From Eledone cirrhosa (taxonomy: Eukaryota), in NCBI GenBank assembly GCA_964016885.1, contig OZ024741.1, forward strand, positions 385,826,001-385,890,000: a stretch of DNA of 64,000 nucleotides, read 5' to 3'. Below the pieces are notes generated by a model. It searched no databases, was not told the DNA's origin, and saw only the letters and a program-made list of their open reading frames with translations. Positions 1-64,000 of the stretch are shown here, in pieces. Positions within the stretch are counted from its first letter, which is position 1. Every line of letters begins with the position of its first letter. Both the position numbers and the translations under genes were made by a program.

Positions 1-804
1 GATTTGCTGGGGATTTATATGCATGTCAGGCTCTTTCATGTTTTGTATTGTATTTTTTATTTGTCACACAAATGTATGTAGTCATAACCCCTCCAACATC
101 AGTAGGAGCTACAACCCTTCACTAAGTTTTTTTATCCTAAATGATGTTTCCAGTACAATTTTATATACTATAGTGGTGAAGTGTGCACAGGGGCTGTAAA
201 AAGCCCCACCCGCTAAGTCGATATTGTAAGGTGAGGTGGTGGCAGGAAATGGTGTCCAGGAAGCACTACACTAAAAAGAGATCATTCTAGAAAAATAATT
301 TTATGGTAACATTTTAGGCTTTAGGCCATATTTAGAGGAATTTAATTGACGAGCTTAAGAAACAATAATAGTAGGGTTTAATTTTAAGAATCTAAAAAGT
401 TTGTTGGCCCCATACAATCAGTTCATATATATGTATAGCTATCTATTTTGTAAGGATATAGTACAAGATTTCAGGCCGAAATAGCATTTTAGGCTATGTT
501 TTGGTGAATCAATGAGATTTATGATACAATACACTAGTAATAAGTTTCTAGTTTTAAAAACTGAAAGTGTAGATGGCTACATATGAAACATTTGCTGGGC
601 TAGGGAAATCTTATATTTCAACTTCCTTTATACATGTTTGTTTGGTGGGCAAGAAAATGATTGAGAGGAAAACACCACATGCCGACTTGTTATATTTATA
701 GCTGTTTATATATAACTGTTTACATATATGTATAAATATACATACACATATACACTTGTTAAATGATTATGATGACATATATACATATGTATACACATAT
801 GCAG

Positions 805-63586
<62,782 letters not shown>

Positions 63587-63672
63587 GTGTGCAATCATTT
63601 TTGTATTGTTGTTGTTGTTGCTCAGGAATTGGGGGGCTACACATACAGACTCACTCATATATACGGATGAAT

Positions 63673-63709
<37 letters not shown>

Positions 63710-64000
63710 ATGGAACTTTTGGTGCTTGGTCCGATGAGTGGATGAAGTTCAAGAAGTCAATAATCTTGTCTCTCAATCAAAGGAGTAACTATATTATAAG
63801 TGGCTGAGTATTCCACAGACACCTGTACCTATAACACAGAATGAGCATCACACTGTGATAAGGCTAGATCCCTTCAAATTATAGTTACAGTCCAGTGTAT
63901 ATACTTCAGAATATATATATATATATATCACAGCAGTGTGCATATCAAAAGGCCTCCTTCAGTCATGATTGATCATGTATTTGCACTTGGAAAGTTCCTC

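Overview
AT-rich, microsatellite-laden eukaryotic genomic DNA, very probably from an octopus or other coleoid cephalopod (inferred from the SINE and RTE families and (TA)n density; not proven). The + strand carries 17 internal coding exons (~2.24 kb, ~745 codons, all GT-AG and phase-consistent) of one gene, VWA8 (AAA+ ATPase, von Willebrand factor A domain-containing 8); its start and end lie outside the window. The introns hold RTE LINEs with a PHD finger inside the RT (including a ~1.8-kb inverted pair), R4/Dong-like and L1/Tx1-like LINE relics, tRNA-derived SINEs, a nested non-autonomous Helitron, piggyBac/hAT/palindromic MITEs, four hammerhead-ribozyme-like motifs, a near-perfect 608-bp tandem repeat of unknown origin and many mini/microsatellites. 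Nearly all long ORFs in the supplied track are repeat artefacts. No wholly new protein-coding system is evident. The best leads are RNA-level (intronic dsRNA, intronic hammerheads), apparent (TA)n targeting by the RTE family, and the 608-bp unit.
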